A stretch of DNA of 64,000 nucleotides from Anaerohalosphaeraceae bacterium (lineage in GTDB: Bacteria > Planctomycetota > Phycisphaerae > Sedimentisphaerales > Anaerohalosphaeraceae), in the NCBI GenBank assembly GCA_050309605.1, contig JBNRMN010000002.1, positions 1 to 64,000 of the forward strand. Direction: 5' to 3'. Position 1 is the stretch's first letter; each line of letters starts with the position of its first letter. A program made the translations under genes and the position numbers. The notes under the pieces were generated by a model. That model did not search any database and had not been told where the DNA came from. It saw only the letters and a list, made by a program, of their open reading frames with translations. Below, one piece after another: positions 50,242-60,433 of this stretch.

Positions 50242-50733
50242 ATGACTATCACTTTCAATGCTGATGAGATTTTCGAAATTGCCGAACAGATCGAGCGCAA
50301 TGCTGCGCAGTTTTATTACGAAGCGGCTGACAAGGCGCCAGATCCGGATTCCAAAAAATTGCTCAACGACCTCAGCGCGATGGAAAAAGGTCACGAACAA
50401 ACCTTTGCTCAGATGCGCACGGAGCTGAGCGCGGCGGAAAAAGAGCCGACTACCTTTGATCCGGATAATGAGGTGGCGTTGTATCTTCGCACGATGGCGG
50501 ATTTCCACGGCACTGAAGGCAAAATCAGTGCGACAGAAAAGCTCAGCGGCCTGGAAAGTATGGAGGATATTCTCAAAATCGCACTGCAGGCTGAGAAGAA
50601 TTCCATTGCGTTTTATGTGGGCATCAAAGATGTGGTTCCGAGCAAGTCGGGCAAGGACAAAATCCATGCCATTATCATTGAAGAAATGACCCACGTCTCG
50701 ACGCTGGGCGCCAAACTGCAATCGCTTAAATAA
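50242..50733 (+). CDS. Ferritin-like (rubrerythrin-type diiron) protein
   Basis: AEQIERNAAQFY, EKGH, EKNSIAFY, EEMTH. Confidence 0.85.
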   Translation: MTITFNADEIFEIAEQIERNAAQFYYEAADKAPDPDSKKLLNDLSAMEKGHEQTFAQMRTELSAAEKEPTTFDPDNEVALYLRTMADFHGTEGKISATEKLSGLESMEDILKIALQAEKNSIAFYVGIKDVVPSKSGKDKIHAIIIEEMTHVSTLGAKLQSLK

Positions 50734-50823
50734 TGGAGTCGGCAAAGGCAACGGCCTGATTGCAGCATTAAGGGGGGCTTTCTGCGATCCGGTCTTTAGG
50801 GCGTCTTTTTTGTATTTCGGTTC

Positions 50824-51897
50824 GTGATGGCACAAACGCAGTCAAAATCCAATCTGCTGCGTAAGCAGCCTGCTATGCGAAAGGTGTTGCTGGCCTTGAT
50901 TCCCTGTGGGGCCGGGAGCATCTACTATTTCGGCTGGCGTTCACTGGCGATGATCGCGTTTTGCTGGGTGTGGGGTTTTTTTCTGGAGTGGCTCTTTTGC
51001 CGCAAGCGCGGCGAGCCGGTCAGCGAGGCCGTATTCGTTACCGCGACGCTTTTTGCACTGGTGATGCCGCCGGGGGTGGGCTGGCATGTGCTGGCGGTGG
51101 GAATGGGGTTTGCGATTATTTTTTCCAAAGAGGTGTTCGGCGGTTTCGGCCGCAATGTGTTTAATCCGGCTTTGGCGGGGCGGTGTTTTGTGTATATTTG
51201 CTTTCCGGTGGCTCTGACGGGGGTTTGGCAAGAACCCGCGTCAGGCCCGTCGGGGGCACTGGGTCGCTGGACGACGGCCGTGCGTCCGGACGGGACCGCG
51301 GCGGTGACGGGTGCGTCCACCATGGCCCATCTGAAGGCCGGTCATCTGGTGCGTTCGTCCGATTCTGATGCACTTGACCACATTCCCTTTGAGGTCGGCG
51401 ACCAGGAACGCATCAAAATCAGCAACACGGCTCTGTTTAAGGCGCAGTTTTTCGGCCGGATGAGCGGAACGATGGGCGTGACCAGCGTGCTGCTGATTCT
51501 GATCGGCGGGGTGTATCTGTTCTGGACCAAGACGGCCAGCCGCACGACTATTTTGTCGGTGGTGATTACCTATGCGGTTTTGAATCAGGTCTTGTTCTGG
51601 CTGGGGGTCAAGCCGGTGCCGGGCGCCTGGCCGGCGGTGTTGGGCGGCGGGTTTCTGCTGGGTGCGTTTTTTATGGCGACCGATCCGGTCAGTTCTCCCA
51701 AAACCGAATGGGGCCGGATTTTCTTTGGCATGATCATCGGGACGGGAACCACCGTCATACGCAATTTTTCAATCTTCAATGGCGGGTTGATGTTCAGTAT
51801 TCTGCTGGGCAATATGTTTGCGCCGATCATTGATTACGGCGTCAAGGCCTGGCAGGAACGCAAAAAAACCAAAGGGACTGTACCGGAGGCGGCATGA
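50824..51897 (+). CDS. RnfD/NqrB-family membrane subunit
   Basis: KEVFGGFGRNVFNPALAGR, TGAST FMN site, FMATDPVSSP. Confidence 0.9.
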   Translation: MMAQTQSKSNLLRKQPAMRKVLLALIPCGAGSIYYFGWRSLAMIAFCWVWGFFLEWLFCRKRGEPVSEAVFVTATLFALVMPPGVGWHVLAVGMGFAIIFSKEVFGGFGRNVFNPALAGRCFVYICFPVALTGVWQEPASGPSGALGRWTTAVRPDGTAAVTGASTMAHLKAGHLVRSSDSDALDHIPFEVGDQERIKISNTALFKAQFFGRMSGTMGVTSVLLILIGGVYLFWTKTASRTTILSVVITYAVLNQVLFWLGVKPVPGAWPAVLGGGFLLGAFFMATDPVSSPKTEWGRIFFGMIIGTGTTVIRNFSIFNGGLMFSILLGNMFAPIIDYGVKAWQERKKTKGTVPEAA

Positions 51898-52511
51898 TGA
51901 AGGACAAACCCTGGTTTCCGGTGGCGTATATGTTTGTTGTTACGGCGTGCTTCAGTACGGTGCTGATCGGGTTTTCGCGTCTGACGCGCGAGCGTGTAGA
52001 GGCCAACCAGGAGATTGCCTTTGAACGGGCGGTGCTGGAGTCTTTTCCTGAGATTGAGGTGCCGCCGACGCCGCAGATCCACGAGCGGTTTGTGCAGTTG
52101 TTTGAACAATCCGAGCAGGCCGGTGGGGCGTATGTCTATCGCAAAGACGGCCGGGTTGTCGGCTACGCCGTGCCGGTGGCCGGACAGGGATTCTGGGCGC
52201 CGATACGCGGCATTGTGGGGGTCTCGCAGGATTTGGATACGATTGTCGGCATTTCCTTTTATGAACAAACTGAAACACCCGGCCTGGGGGCGCGGATTAC
52301 CGAACCGGAGTTCCGCCGGCAGTTTGAGGGCTTGCGCATCGGCGAGGCATCAGCGCCGATCGGCATTCGCCCGACGTCGGTGACGCCTGCGGATAATGAG
52401 GTGCACGCCATTACCGGCGCTACACAAACGAGTGTGCGGCTGGAGAGGCTGATCAACGAGGATCTTTCGGCGTGGCTGGAGATGATGCAGCAGCAGGAGG
52501 AGGTGCAATGA
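51894..52511 (+). CDS. RnfG/NqrC FMN-binding subunit
   Basis: GFWAPI, ETPGLG, ITGATQTS. Confidence 0.9.
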   Translation: MMKDKPWFPVAYMFVVTACFSTVLIGFSRLTRERVEANQEIAFERAVLESFPEIEVPPTPQIHERFVQLFEQSEQAGGAYVYRKDGRVVGYAVPVAGQGFWAPIRGIVGVSQDLDTIVGISFYEQTETPGLGARITEPEFRRQFEGLRIGEASAPIGIRPTSVTPADNEVHAITGATQTSVRLERLINEDLSAWLEMMQQQEEVQ

Positions 52512-53134
52512 ACGGCTCAACTTCGACCGCTCCGCGCGATATTATGGTGGATGCCCTATGGCGCAACAATCCCATTTTTCGCCAGATACTGGGGATTTGC
52601 AGCACGCTGGCGGTGACCAATGTGGTCTTGAATACGGTGGTTATGTGTGTGTCGCTGACGGCGGTGACGGCGCTGAGCTGTCTGACGGTATCGCTGCTGC
52701 GGCACTGGACGCCGCGGAATATCCGGATGATGGTGCAGACGCTGATCATTGCGTTTTATGTGATTATCGTCGATTTAATTCTCAAGGCGTACTGGCCGGA
52801 GATGAGTCGCAATCTCGGCCCGTTCGTCGGCCTGATTATTACCAACTGTATCATTATGGGGCGCTGTGAGGCCTTTGCCGGGACGAATCCGCCGAAGGCG
52901 GCTTTTCTGGACGGGCTGTTCAGCGGCCTGGGGTATTCGTTTGTGCTGCTGGCGATTGCCGTCCCGCGCGAGCTGTTCGGGATGGGCACGATTCTGGGCG
53001 TTTCGATGCCGTATTTTTCGTCGCCGTATTGGGATAAATGGATCATTATGGTGATGCCGCCGGGGGCGTTTTTTATGCTGGCGTCGATTTTGTGGGTCTT
53101 TCGCTCCATCGGCGACAGGGAGGTGAAGAAATGA
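52508..53134 (+). CDS. RnfE/NqrD subunit
   Basis: LGICSTLAVT, VGLIITNCIIMGRCE, PPGAF. Confidence 0.9.
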   Translation: MNGSTSTAPRDIMVDALWRNNPIFRQILGICSTLAVTNVVLNTVVMCVSLTAVTALSCLTVSLLRHWTPRNIRMMVQTLIIAFYVIIVDLILKAYWPEMSRNLGPFVGLIITNCIIMGRCEAFAGTNPPKAAFLDGLFSGLGYSFVLLAIAVPRELFGMGTILGVSMPYFSSPYWDKWIIMVMPPGAFFMLASILWVFRSIGDREVKK

Positions 53135-53730
53135 ACGGGATGGGACAGGAACTGTGGATGGCGGTGGTGACGTGTTTTGCGGCTGTTTTTACGCAGAACA
53201 TTTTGCTGACGACGTTTTTGGGGATGTGTCCGTTTACGAGTGTTTCCCGCGAGGTTAAGACCGCTGCGGGGCTGGGCGGGGCGGTGGTCTTTGTGATGAC
53301 CTTTACGTCGCTGCTGAACTGGCTGGCGTATTATTACGTGCTGGTGCCGCTGGAACTGGAGTTTTTCCGTTTTATTCTGTTTATTATTATCATCGCGGCA
53401 TTTGTGCAGTTTGTAGAAATGGTCATTGACCGCTATTCGCCGAAACTGTATCAGACGCTGGGGATTTTTCTGCCGCTGATAACGGTGAACTGTGCGATTC
53501 TGGGTGTGTCTTTGTTTATGGTGATTCGTGAGCATTCCTTTATCGTGACGATCGGCTATGGCTTTGGCAGCGGAGTGGGATGGCTGCTGGCGATTTTGGC
53601 GATGGCCGGCATTCGGCAGCGGCTCAATGAGTCGCGTGTGCCGGCAGGATTGCGCGGGCCGGGGATTACGCTGATTATTGCCGGTCTGATGGCACTGGCG
53701 TTTGTCGGGTTTACGGGCGTTTTGAGTTAA
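53131..53730 (+). CDS. RnfA/NqrE subunit
   Basis: FLGMCPF, LGIFLPLITVNCAILG. Confidence 0.9.
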   Translation: MNGMGQELWMAVVTCFAAVFTQNILLTTFLGMCPFTSVSREVKTAAGLGGAVVFVMTFTSLLNWLAYYYVLVPLELEFFRFILFIIIIAAFVQFVEMVIDRYSPKLYQTLGIFLPLITVNCAILGVSLFMVIREHSFIVTIGYGFGSGVGWLLAILAMAGIRQRLNESRVPAGLRGPGITLIIAGLMALAFVGFTGVLS

Positions 53731-53743
53731 AAGGATTCCGACG

Positions 53744-54844
53744 TTGATAAGCTTCCTGGTTACGGTCTTTTTTGTCAGTCTCATCGCCGCCGGTTTGGCG
53801 CTGGCACTCGTGGTGGCCGAGCGGTATATCGCCGACTATGGCGAGTGCAAAATCACGCTCAACGATAAACGCGAAATCACCGTTGAGGGCGGCAAGCCGC
53901 TGCTGTCGGTACTGCGGGAAGAGAAGATTTTTATTCCCAGTGCCTGCGGCGGGCGCGGCACATGCGGTGTGTGCAAGGTCAAGGTGCTTGACGGCGCCGG
54001 TCCGATTCTGCCGACTGAAACGCCGTTTATGACCAAAGACGAAATCGCCGGCCGTGTTCGTTTGTCCTGTCAGGTCAAGGTGCGGCAGAATTTGTCGATT
54101 GAAATACCCGATGAACTGTTCAATGTTCGGGAATATACAACCCGATGCACCGGCATCGAAGAGTTGACCTATGATATGAGCCGGTTTCGTTTTGAATTGG
54201 CCGAGCCGAAGACCATTGAGTATGTTCCGGGGCAATATGTGCAACTGCTCTGTCCGCGGTACAAGGGCAGCAGCGAAGAGGTCTATCGGGCCTATTCCAT
54301 TGCCTCCGATCCGAACGAAAAGGGCATCATTGATCTGATTATCCGGCGCGTGCCGAACGGGATTTGCACGACGTGGTGTTTTGAGTATCTAAAAGAAGGC
54401 GATACGGTCAAACTCAACGGCCCCTATGGCGAATTTCGTTTGAGTGAATCGGATGCGCCGATGGTATTCGTTGCCGGCGGCAGCGGTATGGCGCCGTTTG
54501 TCTCGATTCTGCATCAGATGAAACATAACCATGATCAGCGAGAAGCGGTGTATTTTTTCGGCGGTAATACCGTGCGTGATTTGTGTTTGACCGAGCAGAT
54601 GAAGGCGTTTGAAAAGGCACTGCCGGATTTTACGTTTATACCGGTGGTTGCCCGTCCGGAGGAAGACGGCGGCTGGGACGGTGAAACGGGACTGGTGACC
54701 GACGCGGTCAAGCGGAAATACAAGGACTTAAGCGGTTATGAGGGGTATTTGTGCGGCAGCCCCGGAATGATTGATGCGGCGATCAAGGTGTTTACGTCGC
54801 TGGGAATGCCGGACGAGAAGATTTATTATGATAAATTTGCATAA
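53744..54844 (+). CDS. NqrF-like 2Fe-2S/FAD/NAD reductase
   Basis: TM; SACGGRGTCGVC, RAYSIAS, AGGSGMAP, YLCGSP. Confidence 0.88.
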   Translation: MISFLVTVFFVSLIAAGLALALVVAERYIADYGECKITLNDKREITVEGGKPLLSVLREEKIFIPSACGGRGTCGVCKVKVLDGAGPILPTETPFMTKDEIAGRVRLSCQVKVRQNLSIEIPDELFNVREYTTRCTGIEELTYDMSRFRFELAEPKTIEYVPGQYVQLLCPRYKGSSEEVYRAYSIASDPNEKGIIDLIIRRVPNGICTTWCFEYLKEGDTVKLNGPYGEFRLSESDAPMVFVAGGSGMAPFVSILHQMKHNHDQREAVYFFGGNTVRDLCLTEQMKAFEKALPDFTFIPVVARPEEDGGWDGETGLVTDAVKRKYKDLSGYEGYLCGSPGMIDAAIKVFTSLGMPDEKIYYDKFA

Positions 54845-54859
54845 GACGTTGAGGCCGTT

Positions 54860-55330
54860 ATGAAGATGTCGCCGCAGGACAACAAGCTGGATGAAATGCT
54901 CCGGTCGTCAACTCTGGTGGCCGGTGGTTTTATGGGCAGCGACCGCCGGAGTGTGTTTGAGGTCATCGAGTCGGATGCCGCAACGCTGGACAAAGCCGGT
55001 CTGAATGCGGCCATGGTTGCCCGGCGGATGCGCGAGCTGACCGCCGCAGCACAAGCGGGGCTGGGCACGTGGGTCGATGTTGATAAGGGACGGATTCGCG
55101 TGATGAGCGAGGACTACAAGGGGGTTTTGGTGTGCCCCTGGGGACATGCCGGTCAGTATCCAAAACGGATTACGATTGTCGAATGTCCTGAAACGGGACA
55201 AACGCTGACCTGGTCGGATCTGAATATTCATCTGATTGAAGCCCATGGTTTTTTTGAAGGCCAAGGCTCGGCGTTTCGTGTGGAACCGGACCAGGCGGCG
55301 GCGATTCTTTTTGAGAAAGACAGGGATTGA
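54860..55330 (+). CDS. Hypothetical protein
   Basis: Operonic position; CPWGH and HLIEAHGFF possible metal ligands. Confidence 0.65.
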   Translation: MKMSPQDNKLDEMLRSSTLVAGGFMGSDRRSVFEVIESDAATLDKAGLNAAMVARRMRELTAAAQAGLGTWVDVDKGRIRVMSEDYKGVLVCPWGHAGQYPKRITIVECPETGQTLTWSDLNIHLIEAHGFFEGQGSAFRVEPDQAAAILFEKDRD

Positions 55331-55413
55331 AGTCTTGACGAGACCGCATTTGCTGCGATAATGAATGCAGTGGAAAATGAATGTTATTTGAATTGCAGTG
55401 AAAGGGAGATGTT

Positions 55414-55578
55414 ATGAAGAAATACCGGTGTACGTTGTGCAGTTATATTTATGATCCGGCCCAAGGCGATCCCGATAACGGCGTCGAGCCGGGTACGGCG
55501 TTTGAAGATTTGCCGGACGGCTGGGTCTGTCCGGATTGCGGTGCCGGCAAGGAGGATTTTGAACCGGTCGATGACTAA
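55414..55578 (+). CDS. Rubredoxin (absent from the ORF track)
   Basis: [19 protein letters not shown]...[20 protein letters not shown], 54 aa. Confidence 0.95.
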   Translation: MKKYRCTLCSYIYDPAQGDPDNGVEPGTAFEDLPDGWVCPDCGAGKEDFEPVDD

Positions 55579-55591
55579 CGGAGTAGAATCG

Positions 55592-55626
55592 GCCCCGGAG
55601 CTTGGGATGAGTTCCGGGGCTTTTTT
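55592..55626 (+). terminator. Rho-independent terminator
   Basis: GCCCCGGAGC...GTTCCGGGGC followed by T6. Confidence 0.8.
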
Positions 55627-55663
55627 GTAGAATGTTTGTAGAATCGGTTCGGCGGCTTGGTCA

Positions 55664-57244
55664 ATGCCGGGGGAGATTATGAAACGAATCGAGGCGGTGC
55701 TGAAACAACAGGAAATGCTCTGTGCTGAAACGACGGCCGGGCCGTGCGGTTTTGTGGTGTTCGGGGCATCGGGGGATTTGGCTCATCGCAAACTGTTTCC
55801 GGGCCTGTACGAATTGTTTCGCCGCGATTTGATGAGTCGGCGGTTCTACTGCATCGGCTGCGGGCGGTCGGCGTATACCGATGAGGCGTTTCGAGATCGC
55901 ATACGGGATTCGTTTAGAGAAACAGTGGATGGGTTTGATGAGACAACAGCCGATACCTTCCTGAAGCACTTTTCTTACATTGCCGGAGACTATGCCGACA
56001 GCGGATTGTATCAGCGTCTATGCGATAAGATACACGAGCTGGACAACGGTTGCGGGGTAGAGGATGGGGTGCGGATATTTTATCTGTCCGTTCCGCCGTT
56101 TCTGTACGGCGATATTGTTGAAAAACTGGGGGCCTTGAAGCAAACCTGTCCGGCGGCGGGACAATGGCCTCAAGACAAGGTTCGGCTGGTGGTTGAAAAA
56201 CCGTTCGGGCGGGATCTTGAATCGGCCCAAGCGCTGGAGGATGTCCTGCGCCGGCATTTTGATGAGTCGCAGATCTACCGGATCGACCACTATCTGGGCA
56301 AAGAAACGATTCAGAATCTGCTGATCTTTCGTTTTGCCAACAGTCTGTTTGAGCCGTTGTGGAACCGCAATTATATTGACCATATCCAGATTACTATTGC
56401 TGAGACGCTGGGGGTGGAACATCGAGCCGGCTATTATGACCACAGCGGTGCGCTGCGGGATATGTTTCAAAACCATCTCCTTCAGATGTTAGCGCTGGTG
56501 GGGATGGAGCCGCCGATCTCATTTGAGGCCGATCATATGCGGGATGAAATCAATAAATTGCTGCGGGCGCTGCGGCCGTATCAGTCGATGCAAACACCGC
56601 AGTTCTTTGTGCGCGGCCAATACGGTCCCGGGCGGATAGACGGGCAGGAGGTCAATGGGTATCTTGAAGAAAAAGGCGTGGCGAAAGATTCAACGACTGA
56701 GACATTTGTTGCGGCCCGATTGTTGGTGGACAACTGGCGATGGAAGGGGGTTCCGTTCTATTTGCGCACCGGCAAGCGGCTCAAGCGGAAACTGACCGAG
56801 ATCGCCATTTTCTTTAAGCATGTTCCCCATTCAATGTTCCGTGCGTCCGGTCTTGAGGATTTGCCGCCGAACATATTGCGGTTTCAGATTCAGCCGGATG
56901 AAGGAATCTATCTGAGTCTGCAGGCCAAGCGCCCCGGCTCAAAGCTCTGTATGAGTACGCTCGATATGGCCGTCGATTATCAGCAGGTTTTCGGCGTCAA
57001 GATGCCGGACGCCTATCAGCGGCTGCTGCTGGACTGTATGGTGGGCGACCAGACCCTGTTTACACGACATGACAGCATCCTGACCTCGTGGGAGTTTCTC
57101 AGGCCTGCGATGGCGTATTGGCAGTCCACCCACGATAAACCCGTCATCTATGCCGCCGGCAGCAGCAATTTTGAGCAAGCCCGAAAACTCATCCAGGCCC
57201 GCAAACTTGTCGAAACCGAAGGGCGTGAATGGCAGGAACTCTAA
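55664..57244 (+). CDS. zwf: Glucose-6-phosphate 1-dehydrogenase
   Basis: GASGDLA, EKPFG, RIDHYLGKE, DMFQNHLLQ, PFYLRTGK. Confidence 0.96.
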   Translation: MPGEIMKRIEAVLKQQEMLCAETTAGPCGFVVFGASGDLAHRKLFPGLYELFRRDLMSRRFYCIGCGRSAYTDEAFRDRIRDSFRETVDGFDETTADTFLKHFSYIAGDYADSGLYQRLCDKIHELDNGCGVEDGVRIFYLSVPPFLYGDIVEKLGALKQTCPAAGQWPQDKVRLVVEKPFGRDLESAQALEDVLRRHFDESQIYRIDHYLGKETIQNLLIFRFANSLFEPLWNRNYIDHIQITIAETLGVEHRAGYYDHSGALRDMFQNHLLQMLALVGMEPPISFEADHMRDEINKLLRALRPYQSMQTPQFFVRGQYGPGRIDGQEVNGYLEEKGVAKDSTTETFVAARLLVDNWRWKGVPFYLRTGKRLKRKLTEIAIFFKHVPHSMFRASGLEDLPPNILRFQIQPDEGIYLSLQAKRPGSKLCMSTLDMAVDYQQVFGVKMPDAYQRLLLDCMVGDQTLFTRHDSILTSWEFLRPAMAYWQSTHDKPVIYAAGSSNFEQARKLIQARKLVETEGREWQEL

Positions 57245-57348
57245 CTGTCTTTTCTATATATACTTAAGACTAATATTGGACGGTTGTGTTCGTTTGTGTT
57301 CTCTATTTAAGGAAATTGACCGAATAAATGCAACAAAAACGCTTTTTG

Positions 57349-57400
57349 TTGTGAAAAAAATATCAAAAAGTATTGACTTTGGTTTTCTATTGTTTATAAT
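57349..57400 (+). promoter_or_regulatory. Candidate Rex operator and sigma70 promoter
   Basis: TTGTGAA-N4-ATATCAA against Rex consensus TTGTGAA-N4-TTCACAA; TTGACT-16-TATAAT. Confidence 0.55.
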
Positions 57401-57470
57401 AACGTAAATTAAAAGCCTGTTGCGGCGTTTTTTCAGGCTTTCGCTCAAATAAATGATCCGAGGTGCTGTT

Positions 57471-58124
57471 ATGGTTATGAATCGAAAATGTATTTTACGG
57501 CTTTCCAGATATAAAAACGCCCTTAAGCGGTTAAAAGCACTGGGGTTTGTGAAGGTTTTTTCGGGTAACCTTGCCGATGCGGCCGGTGTTACGTCGTCTC
57601 AGGTACGGAAGGATTTTTCGCTGTTCGGTATCACCGGAAACCGACGTGGCGGCTATAAAGTGGATGAGCTGATCAATCGAATTCGAGAGATATTAGGGAA
57701 AAACGAGATACAAAAAGTGGTCATTGTCGGCGTCGGCAATATCGGCAATGCACTGCTGCGGTACAAGGGTTTTGAGACCGGCGGGATTCGGGTGGTGGCC
57801 GGGTTTGACATCGATCCATCCAAGTATCAGCGTCATGCTGAAGTGCCGATTTTGCCGTTGGAGGAATTCTCGTCGTTTGTGCAGGAAAATGAAATTAAGG
57901 TCGGTATTCTGGCCGTGCCCGATGTGGCGGCTCATCATGTGTCTGAAATTATGATCGCTGCGGGCATCAAGGGCATCTTGAATTTTGCTCCGATTCAGCT
58001 TCGCGGCGCTGATGATGTGATTATCAGCAATATCAACCTTGAGGTCGAATTGGAAAATCTGATCTACTTTGTCAATGCTGCCGATAAAACCGCCTTGTCG
58101 GCCTCGGCTGACAAGGTGAAGTGA
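57471..58124 (+). CDS. rex: Redox-sensing repressor Rex
   Basis: RLSRY, QVRKDFSLFG, VGVGNIGNAL, ILNFAP. Confidence 0.93.
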   Translation: MVMNRKCILRLSRYKNALKRLKALGFVKVFSGNLADAAGVTSSQVRKDFSLFGITGNRRGGYKVDELINRIREILGKNEIQKVVIVGVGNIGNALLRYKGFETGGIRVVAGFDIDPSKYQRHAEVPILPLEEFSSFVQENEIKVGILAVPDVAAHHVSEIMIAAGIKGILNFAPIQLRGADDVIISNINLEVELENLIYFVNAADKTALSASADKVK

Positions 58125-58161
58125 TTTTTGCAAAAACCATAAATCAATCGTACACCGTTTT

Positions 58162-60057
58162 GTGTTGGCAACTATGACATCCGACCGGTTGCAGGGGATT
58201 GTCAGTGCGATTATGAAAAACCGAACCCTTAAAAATCAGATTCTTGCATCGTTTGCGATTGTCATCGCAGTCCTGAGTGTCTGTACATTTGGGTTGGGGC
58301 TTTATGTCATTAAAACGGATGTTTTTGAGCGGATTCAAACGGAAGTCGAACGGTCTTTGGGCGGGGCGCGCACGGTCTATGAAGAGGAAATTCGGCGTAT
58401 CGGGGTTAGTCTTGAAATAGCCGATCTGAGCCAGTCGCCGGCGGTTTTGCGGGACAAGATGCGACTGCATTATTTTTACCGTTTGCCGTATGCCCAGGCG
58501 CTTGAGCACCCGAGCGAACTGGTGGTCTCTGCCGCACAAAGCGGCCAGGCTGTCGGCGGTACGCGCCTCATCGGGCCGGATGAACTGGTTCAAATGAACC
58601 GCGGAATTCGAGAGCGTGCGCACATTGACATCAAACCGACGGCCAAAGCCAGGCCGACCCGCAAGACGTCGCTGGATTCGGCCATGGCTAAAGAATACGC
58701 CCTTGCTTTAACGGATTCAGCCGGCCGCGTGACGGAGGTTGTCTTTGGCGGTCGTATTGTCAACCAGGATTATGAATTTGTTGACCATATTCGTCAGCTT
58801 GTTTTCGGCAACGAAGACTATCGCGGTATTCCGGTCGGCACGGTGACCATTTTTCTTGATGATGTACGGATTTCCACGAATGTTCTGGATGAAAGCGGGC
58901 AACGTGCCATCGGGACGCGCGTTTCTGAAGCGGTTTATAATGAGGTGATTCTGCAGGGCCGGCCGTGGCTGGACAGGGCCTTGGTGGTCGGGCACTGGTA
59001 TAAGTCGGCTTATGAGCCGATTGTCAATATCCATGATGAGATTATCGGTATTTTGTATGTGGGCATTTTGGAAGAGCCGTTCCACAATCGGGCCGCCAAC
59101 TTGCTGCTGGCCTTTCTGGCGATGATTTTGCTGGCCTCGGTGCTGTCGTTTGTGTTGGCCTACATTTTGTCCGGGTCGGTTTCGCGGCCGCTGACGGTGC
59201 TGCTTGAGGGCACGCAAAAATTGTCTCGCGGCGAATTGGGACATCTGGTAATGCCTCCGCATTCGAGTATTGAAGAGATGCACCAGTTGGCGCATTCGTT
59301 CAATGAGATGTCGGTGCGTCTGGAAGAACGCGAGGTTCGGTTGCAGGAAAATCATCAAAAACTTGAAGAATTGAACAAGAGCTATCTTGATCTGCTGGGT
59401 TTTGTGGCGCATGAACTGAAGGGGCTGCTGTCCTCTGCGGTACTGAATGCGTATGCCCTGCGCGACGGTTTTCTGGGGATGATTAATTTCAAGCAGAAAA
59501 AGGCCGTCGATTCGATCTGCCGGAATCTGGATTATCTGGCAGCGACCGTAACGAAGTTTTTGAATCTCAGCCGAATTGAACGCGGCAATCTGGAAGTCAA
59601 CAAAACCCGATTTTCTCTCTGGAAGGATGTATTCGGTCATTCGGTGCAGACGTTCTCCAAGCTGATTAACGACAAACAGATCCAGGTTGCTAATCAGATG
59701 GATCCGGATTTGACGGTGTCCGCCGATCAGGATCTGATGCTGATTGTGGCGAACAATCTGGTCAGCAACGCCGCCAAATACGGCAGCGAAGGCGGACAGA
59801 TTATCCTCAGCGCTCGTGAAGAAGGTGATCGAGTTACGGTCGAGGTCTATAACGACGGTCGGCCGATTTCCGAGCAGCAGTGTGCGTCGCTGTTTAAGAA
59901 ATTTTCGCGACTGGATACGCCCGAAAAAAAGAAAGTCAAAGGCACCGGCCTGGGGCTGTATATTACCAGACAGATCATTGAAAGCCACGGCGGCCGGATT
60001 GATGTACAGGCAAAAGACAACGGTAATTCATTTATATTTCAAATTCCTAAGGAGTAA
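58162..60057 (+). CDS. Cache/HAMP sensor histidine kinase
   Basis: TIFLDDVRISTNV...RAIGT Cache motif; AHELKG, NLVSNAAKY, GTGLGL; start codon uncertain. Confidence 0.88.
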   Translation: MLATMTSDRLQGIVSAIMKNRTLKNQILASFAIVIAVLSVCTFGLGLYVIKTDVFERIQTEVERSLGGARTVYEEEIRRIGVSLEIADLSQSPAVLRDKMRLHYFYRLPYAQALEHPSELVVSAAQSGQAVGGTRLIGPDELVQMNRGIRERAHIDIKPTAKARPTRKTSLDSAMAKEYALALTDSAGRVTEVVFGGRIVNQDYEFVDHIRQLVFGNEDYRGIPVGTVTIFLDDVRISTNVLDESGQRAIGTRVSEAVYNEVILQGRPWLDRALVVGHWYKSAYEPIVNIHDEIIGILYVGILEEPFHNRAANLLLAFLAMILLASVLSFVLAYILSGSVSRPLTVLLEGTQKLSRGELGHLVMPPHSSIEEMHQLAHSFNEMSVRLEEREVRLQENHQKLEELNKSYLDLLGFVAHELKGLLSSAVLNAYALRDGFLGMINFKQKKAVDSICRNLDYLAATVTKFLNLSRIERGNLEVNKTRFSLWKDVFGHSVQTFSKLINDKQIQVANQMDPDLTVSADQDLMLIVANNLVSNAAKYGSEGGQIILSAREEGDRVTVEVYNDGRPISEQQCASLFKKFSRLDTPEKKKVKGTGLGLYITRQIIESHGGRIDVQAKDNGNSFIFQIPKE

Positions 60058-60062
60058 CACAC

Positions 60063-60416
60063 GTGCTAACGCCATTACAAGCTATCAAAAAAAAGCGTGC
60101 TGAAGCGGTCAACCGCATTATCAGCAAAGGGTATCTGTCCACCAAACGGGTGTATGTGGGTATGGCGACCTGTGAAATCGCCGCCGGCTCCAAAGAGGTG
60201 ATGGATGTATTTCGTCAGGCGATTGCCAACGGGCTGACGGATGTCTATCTGAGCCAGAAAGGCTGTGCGGGCCGCTGCAATCTGGAACCGACGGTTGAGG
60301 TGGTTGAAGAAGGCAAAATCCCCGTCAAATACGGGCGGGTCACGCCGCAGCGGGCGCGCGATATTGTTGAACGGCATCTGAAAAAAGGCGAGATTATTGC
60401 CGAATGGGTGATCTGA
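60063..60416 (+). CDS. Thioredoxin-like [2Fe-2S] ferredoxin (HndB/HydD-like)
   Basis: VGMATCEIAAG, GCAGRCNLEP. Confidence 0.85.
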   Translation: MLTPLQAIKKKRAEAVNRIISKGYLSTKRVYVGMATCEIAAGSKEVMDVFRQAIANGLTDVYLSQKGCAGRCNLEPTVEVVEEGKIPVKYGRVTPQRARDIVERHLKKGEIIAEWVI

Positions 60417-60433
60417 CGGAAAGGACAACGGAC

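Noticed and set aside
44202..50733. Encapsulin system (HK97 shell near ferritin/rubrerythrin genes)
   Set aside because: The shell gene has a delta domain and a prohead protease and lies inside the transposon ends; adjacency to the perR island is explained by the insertion site.
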